Origin: Mobula hypostoma
Lineage: Eukaryota
Direction of reading: 5' to 3'
NCBI RefSeq assembly: GCF_963921235.1
Contig: NC_086097.1
Coordinates: 208,694,001-208,758,000 of the forward strand
Length of the DNA stretch: 64,000 nt
The notes under the pieces are model-generated. The model saw nothing but the letters and a program-made list of their open reading frames with translations, had not been told where the DNA came from and did not search any database. Position 1 is the first letter of the stretch. Each line of letters begins with the position of its first letter. Made by a program: the position numbers and the translations under genes. Below, in pieces: positions 49,739 to 62,644 of this stretch.

Positions 49739-50408
49739 GAGGGGAGGAGGAGAAGATGGCGGCGCGACGCAGCTTGTGTGGCCATTCCAGTGAATGATAT
49801 CTGCAATCTGTCAAGTAGGGTGCTGTGCACAACCCTAATTTGATGGAGACAGACGTGAGAGAACGAAGGAACATCTGGAGAAACTTCTGAAATGCCTTTT
49901 TCGCTGCCGCTGTTACTGTGTGATCCAGAATCTCCGGAGGGGAGGGCCCCAAATCCTCGGCTTTGCTTGTTGCTCGGCAGCTGGGACGGGGTCGAAGCAC
50001 TCAGCAGAGATGGTGCTCGGTGTCGAAGGGCTGGACTGAGGCTCGAAGTTTTCGGATTTACTCAGAGTCAGTTGGGGTCTGGTGCTTCCAATGCATCGAC
50101 AGTTGTCGGTGCCTGGGGGTTTATGGCAGAGAGAGTTTCTCCCTTCTGCCGTCTGCTATCGGGGACTATTGGGAGTTGATCGGAGCATTGAGACTTTTTT
50201 TTACCATTCCCATGGTCTGTTCTTCATCAAATTATGGTATTGTTTTGCACTGCTGTAACTATATGTTATAATGATATGGTCTTGTCAATGATAGTCTTTG
50301 GTTTGTCCTGTTTTTTTTGTGATATCACTGGAGGAACATTGTATCATTTCTTAATGCATGCATTTCTAAATGACAATAAACGAGGACTGAGTGTCCTCAT
50401 AGTATAAA
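49739..50408 (+). mobile_element. Short non-autonomous retroposon with 5' YY1-like motif and 3' stem-loop
   Basis: AAGATGGCGGC at 49753-49763; CpG-rich; AATAAA then GAGGAC-TGAGT-GTCCTC at 50382-50398; weak TSD AAAATTA. Confidence 0.6.
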
Positions 50409-51104
50409 AAAATTATGGAGGTAGAGTCAGACCCAAAATCCATTAGACATTCTTATATATAAATTACATGTCACCACTAGATATTATTTCAGAAGCAGAA
50501 AATCTGCTAAAACATACAGGAGAGTATTAGGATATCATATCAATTGGATGAGGTCCAAGGTTGTTCCATTGTCTAAAGCCTGCTTGCACTGAAGTTTGGA
50601 GGAAGCTGTGTTAAACTGGTTTGAAAAAGGCACGACTTATCCAAATAATTAATTTTATTTAAATATTAATGCTAGAATGTAGATCGAAATTGCAGTTTCT
50701 ATGAAATTAAATTGTATTTATTAATTCAGTCCTTTGCTCCATCCTATGCTAAATTAGTTTATATTTAGCATTGTGACTAAATAGTTGTGAGAATTGATCT
50801 TCAACCAAAAGTCAACAAACCTTTCAACTCTTACACCTTGGGCACTGAATCAGAAGCGTCCAATATTTTTGTACCCTTCCTTCAAAATAGTTGGGAAGGA
50901 CATTTGACTCGAAGTGTATTACATTTCCGTTTCAATTCTACTTGCACGTTTGGATGTCAAAAAAATACTTCTGCTCAAGTGAACTTCAAGTCTCTCCCAA
51001 AATCATTTAATCGTGGATAGTCTTTGATCTGGAACTTGCTGTCAGTGTGACTTTGCTCTGAACTTTCTTATTAAGTGAAGGTAATGAACAGGGAGTGCCA
51101 GTTT

Positions 51105-51685
51105 CAATAGACCTCCAGCCTTACACAGTGTGCATGTGCATACACCAGCACTGTACCTCAGCTTACAAAGTAACAGAGCAGTGGTTACCAGTATTGTACT
51201 CCAGAATTAGACCATGTCATATCTATGCCAACCAGTACTCTATGCCATGGTTACACAGTGCCAGACCTGTACCTACCATTTCTCTACCCCAGTATTATAC
51301 AGTGATATTCCTGTGCCCACTAGTGCTATACCTCACTGACATATAATAAGAGAATAGTCCCTACCAATGCTGTAGTCCAGCCATAATGACAAGCCTATAA
51401 CCACTAACACTCTGATCCAGTGTTACATGACAACTGAACTATACCCACTAAATCTGTATCCCACTGTTATAGAGCAACAAGCCTATGCCTGTCAGTACCA
51501 TGGCTCAATATTACACACTAACAGACCTATATCCATCCATATCATAGAGTGATAATCTTGTATCAACCAGTACTGTAGACCATTGTTACATAGTGACAAA
51601 CCTGTGTCCATCAATTCTGCATCAATTATTAAACAGCAATCACTCTGTTCCTGACAGTACTGTACACAATTGATAAACAATGATC
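51105..51685. repeat. Degenerate ~44-bp minisatellite, roughly 13 units
   Basis: Approximate unit CAGTGACAGACCTGTACCCACCAGTACTGTACCCCAGTGTTATA; for example, units start at 51256 and 51300. Confidence 0.7.
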
Positions 51686-51910
51686 TTGTATGCAAAATTA
51701 TGAGGAGTATTGATTGGTTAAATGCAAGCAGGCATTTTCCACTGAGGTTGAGTGAGACTAGAAATAGAGGTCATGGTAAAGGATGAAATGTTTAAAGGGA
51801 ATATGAGGGGGAATTCCCTCAGTTAAAGGGTGGTGAAAGTGTGAAATGAGCTGCCAGCGGAAGTGGTGGATGTGGGGTTGATTTCTAAATTTAAGACAAA
51901 TTTGGACACA
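51686..51910 (+). mobile_element. CR1 3' fragment
   Basis: AAAATTATGAGGAGTAT...TAGAGGTCATGG; similar to 39750-39960. Confidence 0.7.
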
Positions 51911-52330
51911 TGTCTTCTGTTCTTGTCCAAACAGTGCACATACCAGCTGGAGTTGAACACACCATTCAAAGCAGAGCACATTTCTGGCTCAAAATCCCCT
52001 CAGAACTGCACTGCCATATTAAACTATATTATGTTTTCAGGTTCAGGTTCAGATTCATTCATCACGTGTACACTGAAAGATACAAGAAGATGTGAGGCCT
52101 GCTTTAAAAACCTAAGTATGTGCTGGGGCAGCCCACAAATCTTGCCACACATTCATGCACCAATATGGCGACAATGCTCAGCAGAACAACACAAACAGCA
52201 ACAACAACAACAGAACAGCAACAAGACAATAGCAAAACAATCCCTGTTCTTCCCTTCCCACATACCCACGCATGCACGTACACTGTCAGCCCCCTAACCC
52301 AAAGAAAGTCAACTCCCCCTTCAACATTAC

Positions 52331-52572
52331 TTTTGTCAGAGGGTAGTAAATCTGTGGAATTTGTTGCCATGAGCGGCTGTGGAGGCCAAGTTGTTGGGTG
52401 CATTTAAGGCAGAGATAGATAGGTTCTTGATTAGCCAGGGCATCAAAGGGTATGGGGACAAGGCAGGACAGTGGGGATGACTGGAAGAATTAGATCAGCC
52501 CATGAATGGCGGAACAGACTTGATGGGCCAAATGGCCTACTTCTGCTCCTATATCTTATGGTCTTATGGTCT
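52331..52572 (+). mobile_element. CR1 3' end
   Basis: CAGAGGGTAGTAAATCTGTGGAAT...; (TCTTATGG)n tail; candidate TSD AACATT. Confidence 0.85.
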
Positions 52573-53539
52573 AACATTCAGTGGACTCATGGACTTGCAG
52601 ACATTGGGCCTTTGACTTCCTCCGTGGATCTGCAAACTCAGACCCAGGACTCTGACCACAAAGCCTCTACTTTTGTACTTTGGTTCGATTTATGGACCAA
52701 ACCACTGGATTGGGGTTTGAACCTACAGTATGGGGACTCAGAAGTAAACATGCCATCGCTGAAGAAAAATTATGAGCAATAGAGTAGAATTTTATTTCAA
52801 AACAATAACAGAATCAATTTAAGAGAGGTATTTATTACAGGCTGCCAGCAGTGCACAGGTGTATAAGGATCGGCATATCATTTTGTGCCCAGTTCCACAT
52901 ATTCAGTTTCATTACTGAAGTAAATACACAGAAATGCAAATGACCAGCAGCCAGAGTGCAAACCAACAATTGGCACTGACATCCAAATTCAATTTCCACC
53001 CACAGCTCCATGAAAAGGTGACAAGATTAAAACAAAATTTCAATCTGGAAAGAATACAGGATAGCAAAAGGATAGAAAAGCATAAAGAACTACAGATATA
53101 AAATGAAGTAATTAAGAGTTTTTAAATATTTAAAATATAAAAGGTTATTTAAAGGGCAAGATTACTCACACACAACAATTATTCTGTTTTTAAAGTTGTA
53201 AGGTGTGGTGGAGATATTCAACTAATATTTTACATTAGTTTTTCAAATTAAAGTCAAAGTCCGATTTATCTGCACGTACATGTATGCACAGGGGCAATCA
53301 AAATCTAACTTTCAGCAGTAACGTAGACACATAGCACCATATCAGCAGCATTCTCAAGAAAAGGATAAATTAGACATAAATTCTACACAGTTTTGACAAG
53401 GAAGCACAATTAGGTCAAAACAAAAGTCCATTTTAGTGCGAAATGGTCAACTTACTCATACTGAATGGTGAATGGTGGAAGTGAAATGTAAAAAAAGGTT
53501 AGATTAAAAATCTTGCAGACTTTCACATCCCAAGCCCAT

Positions 53540-53625
53540 TCTACAGCAGTTTTACAGGTGAGAGATTACTTTTGAAGTGCAGCTACTGTTGTAATGTAAG
53601 AGAAAACAAAAGCCAATTTATAACA
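53540..53625 (-). mobile_element. Deu-domain SINE remnant
   Basis: TACTTTTGAAGTGCAGCTACTGTTGTAATGTA...AGCCAATTT resembles the recalled DeuSINE core. Confidence 0.4.
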
Positions 53626-53727
53626 AGTTACAGAGTCTGCTTCCCCTCAAAAATGATCTTTTCAGTTCTTAAAGCGGTAAGCTGATTTACAGGGGATTTT
53701 TCACACAGGCAGTCATTTGGGGTCAGG

Positions 53728-54153
53728 AATAGAACATAGAACGTAGAAATCTACAGCACGTGACAGGCCCTTCGGCCCACAATATTGTGCCAACCATGTA
53801 ACCTACTCTAGAAACTGCCAAGAATTTCCCTACCACATAGCCCTCTATTCTTCTAAGCTCACGTACCTATGAGTCTCTTAAAAGTACCCTATTGTATCTG
53901 ACTCTACCACCGCCGCTGGCAGTGCATTCCACACACCCACCACTCTGTGTGGAAAACATACCTCAAACATCCCCCTTGTACCTATTTCCAAGCACCTTAA
54001 AACTATGCCCTCTCATGTTAGCCATTTCAGCCCTGGGAAAAAAGCCTCTGACTATCCACACGATCAATGCCTCTCATCATCTTGTACACCTCTATCAGGT
54101 CACTTCTCATCCTCCGTCACTCTAAGGAGAAAAGGCCAAGTTCACTCAACCTA
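53728..54153 (-). mobile_element. CR1 3' end
   Basis: Similar to 17191-17522; (TTCTATG)n tail. Confidence 0.85.
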
Positions 54154-54859
54154 TTTGTCTTGCTTTCACTTCAGTTCTATGGTAAATGAAGAAACAGGGT
54201 GTCGGGATTGCAGGCAAGAGCCGATTATGCTTGTTCTCCCCCGATGTTCACTCCTCTCTCCATGGCGCTGAAGTTACGAAGACTGCCCTAGCAGTTGTAC
54301 TCCATGCCCACTAATGTGATGTACTGATACCAAGGTTTTGGGCCTACTCCCGGCTTCTCTTGGGTCCGGATCATTTTGGTGCAGAATGTTGATGCTCGCT
54401 TCTATAGTTTGCATGATTTGTTTTTTTTTCTCTTTCTCGGGTGTTGGTCTTTATTTTATTTTAATTGTGTTCTTTTGGGTTTCTTGCTTTGTGCCTGCCT
54501 GTAAACAAACAAATCTCAAGGTGGTATAACTTTTACGTTCTTTGATAATAAATTTACTTTGAAACTTTGAAAAGGCCAATGTGCTACCTGAAGACTCCAC
54601 TGTAAAGGAGCAGAAGATGTCTGGCAGATTTGGTGGATTGGGGTTATGGGAGGTGGTGTGTTCCTTCTGCAATTAACGATGGACTTCTCTGTAAGGCCAA
54701 TAAAGGTACATAAGGTTCTCAGTGCCATCCTGAGTACTCCAGATCCATTTTGAGTGGACCAGGGATTTCGAGGAGTAGTGGAAATGTTACACATCTTCAA
54801 GATGGCTGAACATGTTTCCAATGTCAATATAAAAACATCTAAGCACAAGGAAAAAGAAA

Positions 54860-55862
54860 AGCAGGAAGAGGCCAACTGGCTCTTCTCCTGTTCAACCATT
54901 GATCAAGGTCATAGCAGAGCTGCTAAATCAGAAATTTCCATGTCACCTTCACATTCAGAAATATATCAATCTCTTTCTGAATGAACTCAACAACCGATCC
55001 TCCACAGCCCTCTGTTGTAGGAAATTCCAAAGAATTTTCATCTGGAAAATCACCATCTCGATGAAATACACTCTCCTCATTTCATTTGGAAATGATTATT
55101 TATTCTCTGATTGTGAGCCCTGGTTCTAGACTCCTCAGATGGGGGAAGTATTCCTTTGGGCACCTATCTTGTTGAGTCCCATAAGAATTTTTAAGTTTCA
55201 ATCTTTTTAAGTACTGGATGCCTTCATGCGTCACTCCCTCCAGTCTAATAAACTTTTGCTGTATGTCTTCTGCAGCAAATATATCCTTCCTTCAGCAAAG
55301 AAACTGTAACTTTACACAGTACCCAAGATGTGATATCACAATGGCCCTATAGAATTACATTAAGACTTCCTTCTGTATTCAAACCTTCTTGCATTTAAAG
55401 GCCAAGGTAACATTTGTTTTCTTAATCACTATGTTCTTTGGAACATCAACACCCAGTCTATTACCATTTAGAAATATTCTTCGCTCTGTTTGCTCAGTCA
55501 TGTGAATGACCTCACATTCTTCTAAATTCTGGTCATGTGAGAGGTGTTTCACTTGGAGGTCAAATGGAAAATGACCGTACACTGCTAATGGCAGGATCCA
55601 TAAGAATGTTGATTGACAAAGGGATCTTGAGTCTATGACCGTAGTTCCCTGAAAGCGACTGCCAGGTTGATAGGGTGCTAAAGAAGGCGTATGGCATACC
55701 TACCTTCATTAGGTGAGGCACGAGGTTCAAGAGTCTGTAAGTTATGTCCCAAATGTGTGGCATTCTGGCTAGGCCATATCTGGAGTTTTGCATTCAGTTC
55801 TAGTTTCCACATTATAGGATGGCTGGGGATCTGCAATGGTGCATAAGAGGTTTAACTGGACA
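54860..55862. mobile_element. Two degenerate CR1 fragments in opposite orientation (minus ~54860-55525; plus ~55530-55862)
   Basis: ECEVIH and NVTLAF remnants on the minus strand; TGTGAGAGGTGTTTCACTTGG...AAGAAGGCGTATGG on the plus strand. Confidence 0.65.
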
Positions 55863-55869
55863 CTCTGAC

Positions 55870-57112
55870 AGAAATTTATAAACTATAAACTACAACAAGA
55901 AATATACATTAAATAGGTAGTGAGCAATAAAGAGAGCAAAAAAAAGAAAAACAATTAATGGGCTTATTGTTCAATCAGAAATCCGATGGTAGATGTAAGA
56001 TGCTATTCCTGTACTTTCTCCTTGATGGTAGCAATGAGCAGAGGGCATGTCCTGGGTAATGAGGATGCTGCTTTTTTGACACATCACATTTCGAGGATGC
56101 TGGGGAGGCTAGTGCCTGTGATGCAGTTGGCTGAGCCCGCAATTTTATGCAATTTTTCCAATCCTGTGCAGTGGCCCCTCCATAGCAGGCAGTAACAATG
56201 CCAGTCAGAATGCTTTCTATGGTACATTTATAGAAATATGCGAGAGCCGTTGGTGCCATACCAAATCCCCTCAAACTCCTATTGTAATATAACGTTTATC
56301 ATACCTTCCATGTAATTGCACCAATATGTTGTGCTCAAGTTAGATCCCCAGAGATCTTGCCACCCAGGAATTTGAAACTGCTCACCTAATCCCTCGATGA
56401 GAACTGGTGTGTTTTCCCTCGACTTCCCCTTCCTGAAGTCCATAATCAATTCCTTGGTCTTACTGACATTGAGTGCAAGGTTGTTGCTGTGACACGATTC
56501 AGCCAGCTGATCTATCTCATTCCTGTACACCTCCTCATCACCATCTGAACTTCTGCCAACAATAGTTGTGTCATCGGCAAATTAATAAATGGTGTTTGAG
56601 CTGTGTGTAGACACAAAATCATGGATGTAGAGGTGGTGTAGCGGTGGGCCATGAATGCATCATTGAGGTGCGCCAGTGTTGTGTCAGTGAGGAGGAGATG
56701 TTATTCCCAATTCACATTGGCTGTAGGCTCCTAATGAAGAAGTCAAGGATCCATTTGCAGAGGGAGGTACAGAGGACCATGTTTTGGAGCTTGATGATTA
56801 GAGCTGATGGCATGATTGTCTTGAATGCTGAGCTGTAATCAATAAGGAGCAGCCTGATATAGGTATTACTGTTATTCAAGTTATTCAAAGTCGAGTGGAG
56901 AGCCAGTGAGATAGCATCCACTATAGACCTATTGTCGCAGTGGATCCAGGTCCTGGATTGGCCCAGAGTTGATTCTTGCCATGACCAACCTCTCAAAGCA
57001 CTTCATCACTGTAGATGTGAGCGCAACTGGGTGACGGTCAGTGAGGCAGCTCGCCCTGCGCTTCTTGCGCACTGGCAGGATTGTTGCTCTTTTGGAGCAG
57101 GTGGGAACCACC
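55870..57112 (-). mobile_element. Rex1/Babar LINE RT fragment
   Basis: [57 protein letters not shown]. Confidence 0.9.
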
Positions 57113-57374
57113 AAGTGCAGCACGGAGATCATTCTTCCCAATTCAAAGTGTTGAAAACCAGAGTTCATGCACTTAAGATGTGAGGGGATAAGTTTAAACG
57201 AGATGTTCCGGGCAAGTTTTTAACACAGAGAGGTGGGTGCCCGAAATGCACTGCCTGATGTGGTAGTGGGGGCAAATATGATAGAAGAATTTAAAAGACT
57301 CTTAGGTAAGCACATGAATATGCAGAGAATGGAGTGATGTGGATGTTGTGTAGGCAGAAAGGATTACGAATAGC

Positions 57375-57720
57375 TGTATTTAGAGTCTCAGTGTTGAAGC
57401 CGATCCTGACATAGGTTTGCTTACGCTTCCAGTTGATTTTGAGGATTTTCCAGAGACAACCCTTGTGATATTACTGCTGTGATTGTGATGCCTGCATAGC
57501 TAGTCCATGACTCAAACACATCCAAAAGGGCAGGGATTACTGCAGCCCGCACTTCATGTTAGGTGTGAAGTCTTGAGCTTTATTACTCTATTCCTCAGAC
57601 TGCCAGTGGCTGTGTTAGCACACTGAAGTGTATATTCCTCCACTGATATCTGCCTTCATGGAGAGATATCAGAACGAATCACATTTTGCAGAGCCTCTTT
57701 GTGGAATTTAGTGTTCGGGT
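57375..57720 (-). mobile_element. Ancient RTE-clade LINE remnant
   Basis: Minus-strand translation fragments AVIPALL..FESWT and YHKGCLWKILKINW resemble the RTE post-RT region. Confidence 0.5.
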
Positions 57721-57995
57721 AGTACTGCAGAGAGCAGCAAGTTGATAATGGACGTGTTTTACAACTGTTAAATGTGAGTAAATTCTCTTATTTGCTTCAG
57801 TGAAAGAGTTGACAATGATCTGGAGGTTGGTCTCTAAATGCATAAAGTGGTGCAATTTTAAATACTGGTTGCCTTCCACCTGGTCAACAGCTGAGTTACT
57901 CTATCACAATCCAATTTAGAAACTTGCAGCAGTTGGAAACTAAAGGCACCGTCTAACTCAAAACTTATGTCCCTATCCTTTTACTAAAATCTAAC

Positions 57996-58240
57996 ACAAT
58001 TCCTGCTGCTGCCTGTAAGGAGTTTGTCTATTCTCCTGGTGACAGTGTGAGGTTCCTTTGGGTGCTCCGGTTTCCTCTCAAGGTCCAAAAACGTCCTGGT
58101 TGGTAAGTTAATTGGTCATCGTAAATTGTCACATGATTAGGCTGGGGTTAAATTGCTGGGCAGTTTGGCCTGAAGGGCCAGAATGGCCTACTCCACACTG
58201 TACCTCAATAAATGAACAAACAAACAAATAAACAAACAAA
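57996..58240 (+). mobile_element. V-domain SINE, 5'-truncated, CR1-type tail
   Basis: GGGTGCTCCGGTTTCCTC; GAAGGGCCAGAATGGCCTACTCC; (AAAC)n end. Confidence 0.75.
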
Positions 58241-59267
58241 CCAAAACAATCTTGCCTCCACAAGACCTATCATTGATAAGAACTGCAGGCTTTGTCAGGA
58301 TTTTGTTCATCACCACTTGGAAAGTGTTGAGGTCTGAATTAATGCTGTGGGGCAGATTAGTGTAGGCAAGCAGTCTACACTAATTGTTTCAATTGTCACA
58401 TCACTCAGGCTCCAAGAGTCAAACCTGTCTGTGAATAAACATGGCACAGATCCAAGAGAATCTCAGTCTCCTGACATTATGTTTTATACTTCTTCAACAT
58501 AACGATTAATGACAGTTTCATTTGCTGTCATCACCTGCTTAACTTTACCACTTGAAATATAGTAAATATAAATTTACAGAATTGTGTACTTACGGTGGCA
58601 GTACATCCCAACCAGCAGAGCCTCTTTGAATATTCAGTACTGTTTTCTGTCCCATAAGTCCCTGAGTAAGAACTCTAGACACCCAAACTACACCCCTTTT
58701 GTACAAGGATGGCTCCATGGATATACCATTAACAAGAAGGTTAAGTGATTAAACAGACCTGTTCTGAACTGTGCATTGGATGGCAGGGATACACCTTTAA
58801 CAATATGCTAATAGAAGGAACATCCATCTGCTGCCTTCCCCAATGTAGTTTCAATGGGGCAGAATCAGAATATCCCATGCCCAGTGGCTGGTGAGCCAGC
58901 CGTAAAGTATCCCAGAATCATCCCTAATTGCCTTCAGTGGCATCTTCCCATCAGGTGATCCGCCTTCCAAGTTCATTGACTTCCAATTCCACACAATTTG
59001 TTTCTACCCATTTCTGCTAGACTACTGATGGGATTGGTGCAGTAGTTGTGGAAGAAAGTACACCACATGAAATTTGTTTCCTCTGTTTTTATATTCTCCT
59101 TGACTAATTTCCATATCCATAACTATTCTTATGTTCCCTGCCTCATTAGAACAGCTTTCTAGATAGATAGATTAGCTTTATTTGTTATGTGCACACCAGA
59201 ACATCAAAACGAACAGTGAAGTGCGTTGTTTTGTGTCAACGACCATCACGGTCTGGAGATTGTGCTG

Positions 59268-61465
59268 TTGACCTATCGCCACAATAGGTCAATGGCAGAC
59301 ACAATCTCAATGGCTCTCCACACAGCTTTAGACCACCTGGACAACACAAACACTTACGTCAGGATGCTGTTCATTGATTATAGCTCAGCATTTAATACCA
59401 TCATTTCCACAATCCTGATTGAGAAGCTGCAAAATGTGGGCCTCTGTACTTCCCTCTGCAAATGGATTCTTGACTTCCTAACCGGAAAACCACAATCTGT
59501 GCGGATTGGTGATAACATATCCTCTTTGCTGACAATCAGTACTGGCGCACCTCAGATGTGTGAGCTTAGCCCACTGCTCTACTCTCTATATACACATGAC
59601 TGTGGCTAGGTGTAGTTCAAATACCATCTATAAATTTGCTGATGGTACAGTCGTTGTTGGTAGGATCTCAGGTGGTGATGAGAGGGCGTACAGGAGTGAG
59701 ATACGCCAACAAGTGGAATGGTGCCACAGCAACAACCTGGCACTCAATGTCAGTAAGAAGAAAGAGCTGATTGTGGACTTCAGGAAGGGTAAGACGAAGG
59801 AACACATACCAATCCTCATAGAGGGATCAGAAGTGGAGAGAGTGAGTAGCTTCAAGTTCCTGGGTGTCAAGATCGCTGAGGATCTAACTTGGTCCCAACA
59901 TATCGATGTAGTTATAAAGAAGGCAAGACAGTGACTATACCTTATTAGGAATTTGAAGAGATTTGGCATGTCAAGAAATACACTCAAAAACTTCTATACC
60001 GTTGACAGTATTCTGACAGGCTGCATCACTCTCTGGTATGGAGGGGCTACTGCACAGGACCAAAAGAAGCTGCAGAGGGTTGTAAATCTAGTCAGCTCCA
60101 TCTTGGGTACTAGCCTACAAAGTACCCAAAACATCTTCAGGGTGCGGTGTCTCAGAAAGACAGCGTCCATTATTAAGGACCTCCAGCACCCAGGGCATGC
60201 CCTTTTCTCACTGTTACCATCAGGTAGGAGGTACAGAAGACTGAAGGCACACACTCAGGGTGGGTTGGCAAGTTTGCAGATGACACAAAGGTTGGTGGTG
60301 TTCTAGATAGTGTAGCGGATTATCGAAGATCGCAGAGGGACATTGATAGGATGCAGAAGTGGGCTGAGAAGTGGCAGATGGAGTTCAACCCAGAGAAGTG
60401 TGAGGTGGTACACTTTGGAAGGACAAACTCCAGGGCAGAGTACAAAGTAAATGGCAGGATACTTGGTAGTGTGGAGGAGCAGAGGGATCTCGGGGTACAT
60501 GTCCACAGAGCCCTGAAAGTTGCCTCACAGGTGGATAGGGTAGTTAAGAAAGCTTATGGGGTGTTAGCTTTCATAAGTCGAGGGATACAGTTTAAGAGTC
60601 GCGATGTAATGATGCAGCTCTATAAAACTCTGTTTCAGCCACACTTGGAGTACTGTGTCCAGTTCTGGTCACCTCACTATAGGAAGGATGTGGAAACATT
60701 GGAAAGGGTACAGAGGAGATTTACCAGGATGCTGCCTGGTTTAGAGAGTATGCATTATGATCAGAGATTAGGGGAGCTAGGGCTTTACTCTTTGGAGAGA
60801 AGGAGGATGAGAGGAGACACGATAGAGGTGTACAAGATAATAAGAGGAATAGATAGAATGGATAGCCAGCACCTCTTCCCCAGGGCACCACTACTCAATA
60901 CAAGAGGACACAGCTTTAAGGTAAGGGGTGGGAAGTTCAAGGGGGATATTAGAGGAAGGTTTTTTATTCAGAGAGTGGTTCGTGCATGGAATGCACTGCC
61001 TGAGTCAGTGGTGGAGGCAGATACACTCGTGAAGTTTAAGAGACTACTAAACAGGTATATGGAGGAATTTAAGGTGGGGGGGGTTATATGGGAGGCAGGG
61101 TTTGAGGGTCGGCACAACATTGTGGGCCGAAAGGCCTGTAATGTGTTGTACTATTCTATGTTCAGTGATTCAGGAACAGCTTCTTCCCCTCTGCTATCCG
61201 ATTCCTAGGTGGACATTGAATCTTTGGACACTACCTCACTTTTTTTTAATAGACAGTATTTCTGTTTTTGCTCGTTTTTAAAAACCTATTTAATATACAT
61301 AATTGATTTACTTGTTTATTTATTATTATTTTTAAATGTTGTTTATTACTGTTATTGTTTTTTTTTCTCTGCTAGATTATGTACTGTATTGAACTGCTGC
61401 TGCTAATTTAACAAATTTCACGTCACAAGCCGATGATAACAAACCTGGTTCTGATTCTGATTCTG
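59268..61465 (+). pseudogene. Rex1/Babar LINE RT fragment (young), split by a CR1
   Basis: [53 protein letters not shown]; (CTGATT)n tail. Confidence 0.92.
60259..61161 (+). mobile_element. Young 5'-truncated CR1
   Basis: WQMEFNPEKCEVVHFG...PHLEYCVQFWSP in ORF 60351-61208; candidate TSD TCAG (60255-60258, 61162-61165). Confidence 0.93.
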
Positions 61466-62394
61466 AGCAGCCAGAAAATGTCGCTACACTTCTGGCACCA
61501 ACAGAGCATGCCAACAACCCACTAACCCTAATCTATATGTATTTGGAATGTGGGAGGAAACTGGAGCAACCAGAGGAAATCCGTGCCATCACAGGGAGAA
61601 AGTACAAACTCCTTACAGAGAGAGAGGGAATCGAATCTTGAACAGATTTCTGGCACTGTAAAGTGAATGTTCTAACTGCTACATTACTATGTTGAGTTCT
61701 CCTTTGACTCCACTTAGTTCCTCCAAATACATGTCTTACTATAAGAATCAACAGGGTTTCCAATTTTGCCTGCCTTCTCTTAGGGTAACCAGAAAATTCT
61801 TCATTCTGTTCCTGAGATATCCCTGCCACAGCTCTTTATTCAGCTCATTGGTAATATGTAAGGAGTTTTGGGAAGAGGTGGAATGCTATTTAGTGTGTAA
61901 AAGTCAGCTTATGTTTCAAAATGCTGAGAATATTACGCAGCTTATTATGAGAATGCAGTTTACATGCCAAATCAATTATGTCCTTAAACTTCATACAAAG
62001 ACATTTAGGAAAGGATGGTGATCTTTACTACAGGAAGTTATATTGATATCTAATGTGAGATGCATCTTGGGAAGAGAGAGATGACCTTACACTGTATCAC
62101 CACTGACACTTTCTGTTGATGTAAGGAAGATTTTATTTTGCAACTCTCACATTCCTTGCATTATGAACATAAAAAAATACCAATTTTAAACAATGGCGGA
62201 AAGGAAAGGTTGATAGGTTAACGTGAGCTAAACAGGCTGTGTTACAACAAGTGGTAATGATTATAAATCAGTAAATCTTTGCTATATAGTACCATTCAAA
62301 TTGAGTCCAAGCAGTATATAGTGTCAAGGCAAAATAATTGATTCCACAAACAAAATAAGTCTGAAATTACTTCATTGAGATCCATGAACAAATG

Positions 62395-62640
62395 CAGTAG
62401 ATTCAGGTTAATTGGGGCACATTGGGATCAGTACATTGTGGCCCAATTAAGCAGCTGCCCTAATTAGCCAAATTTTCATGGAAATAGTTAAAAAGGTATA
62501 AACAAGACAAACTGAGTAACAAATTATGTATTTAAATGAAATACGGAACAAAACCAATACTACTGCAGTACCATAACAATGTGTATTAGTTCCTAATATT
62601 TATCCACAGAGGAATTCATCTGTTTCATGTTCTTTTGAAT
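62395..62640 (+). mobile_element. Tigger/pogo-like DNA transposon left end
   Basis: CAGTAGATTCAGGTTAATTGGG start with internal inverted CCCAATTAA; the partner terminal repeat is not in the window. Confidence 0.45.
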
Positions 62641-62644
62641 GTAA

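Larger units (their letters stand above)
59160..61690 (-). mobile_element. V-domain SINE split (59160-59267 and 61466-61690) by nested Rex1 and CR1
   Basis: V-domain reverse complement TGTGGGAGGAAACTGGAGCA at ~61550; the two halves join as in the related piece at ~52040-52180 (TGTGCTG|GGGCAGCC). Confidence 0.7.

Noticed and set aside
58594..58661. Possible 68-nt minus-strand exon ending in GTAAGT
   Set aside because: Two open frames, neither recognisable; no supporting neighbouring exons.
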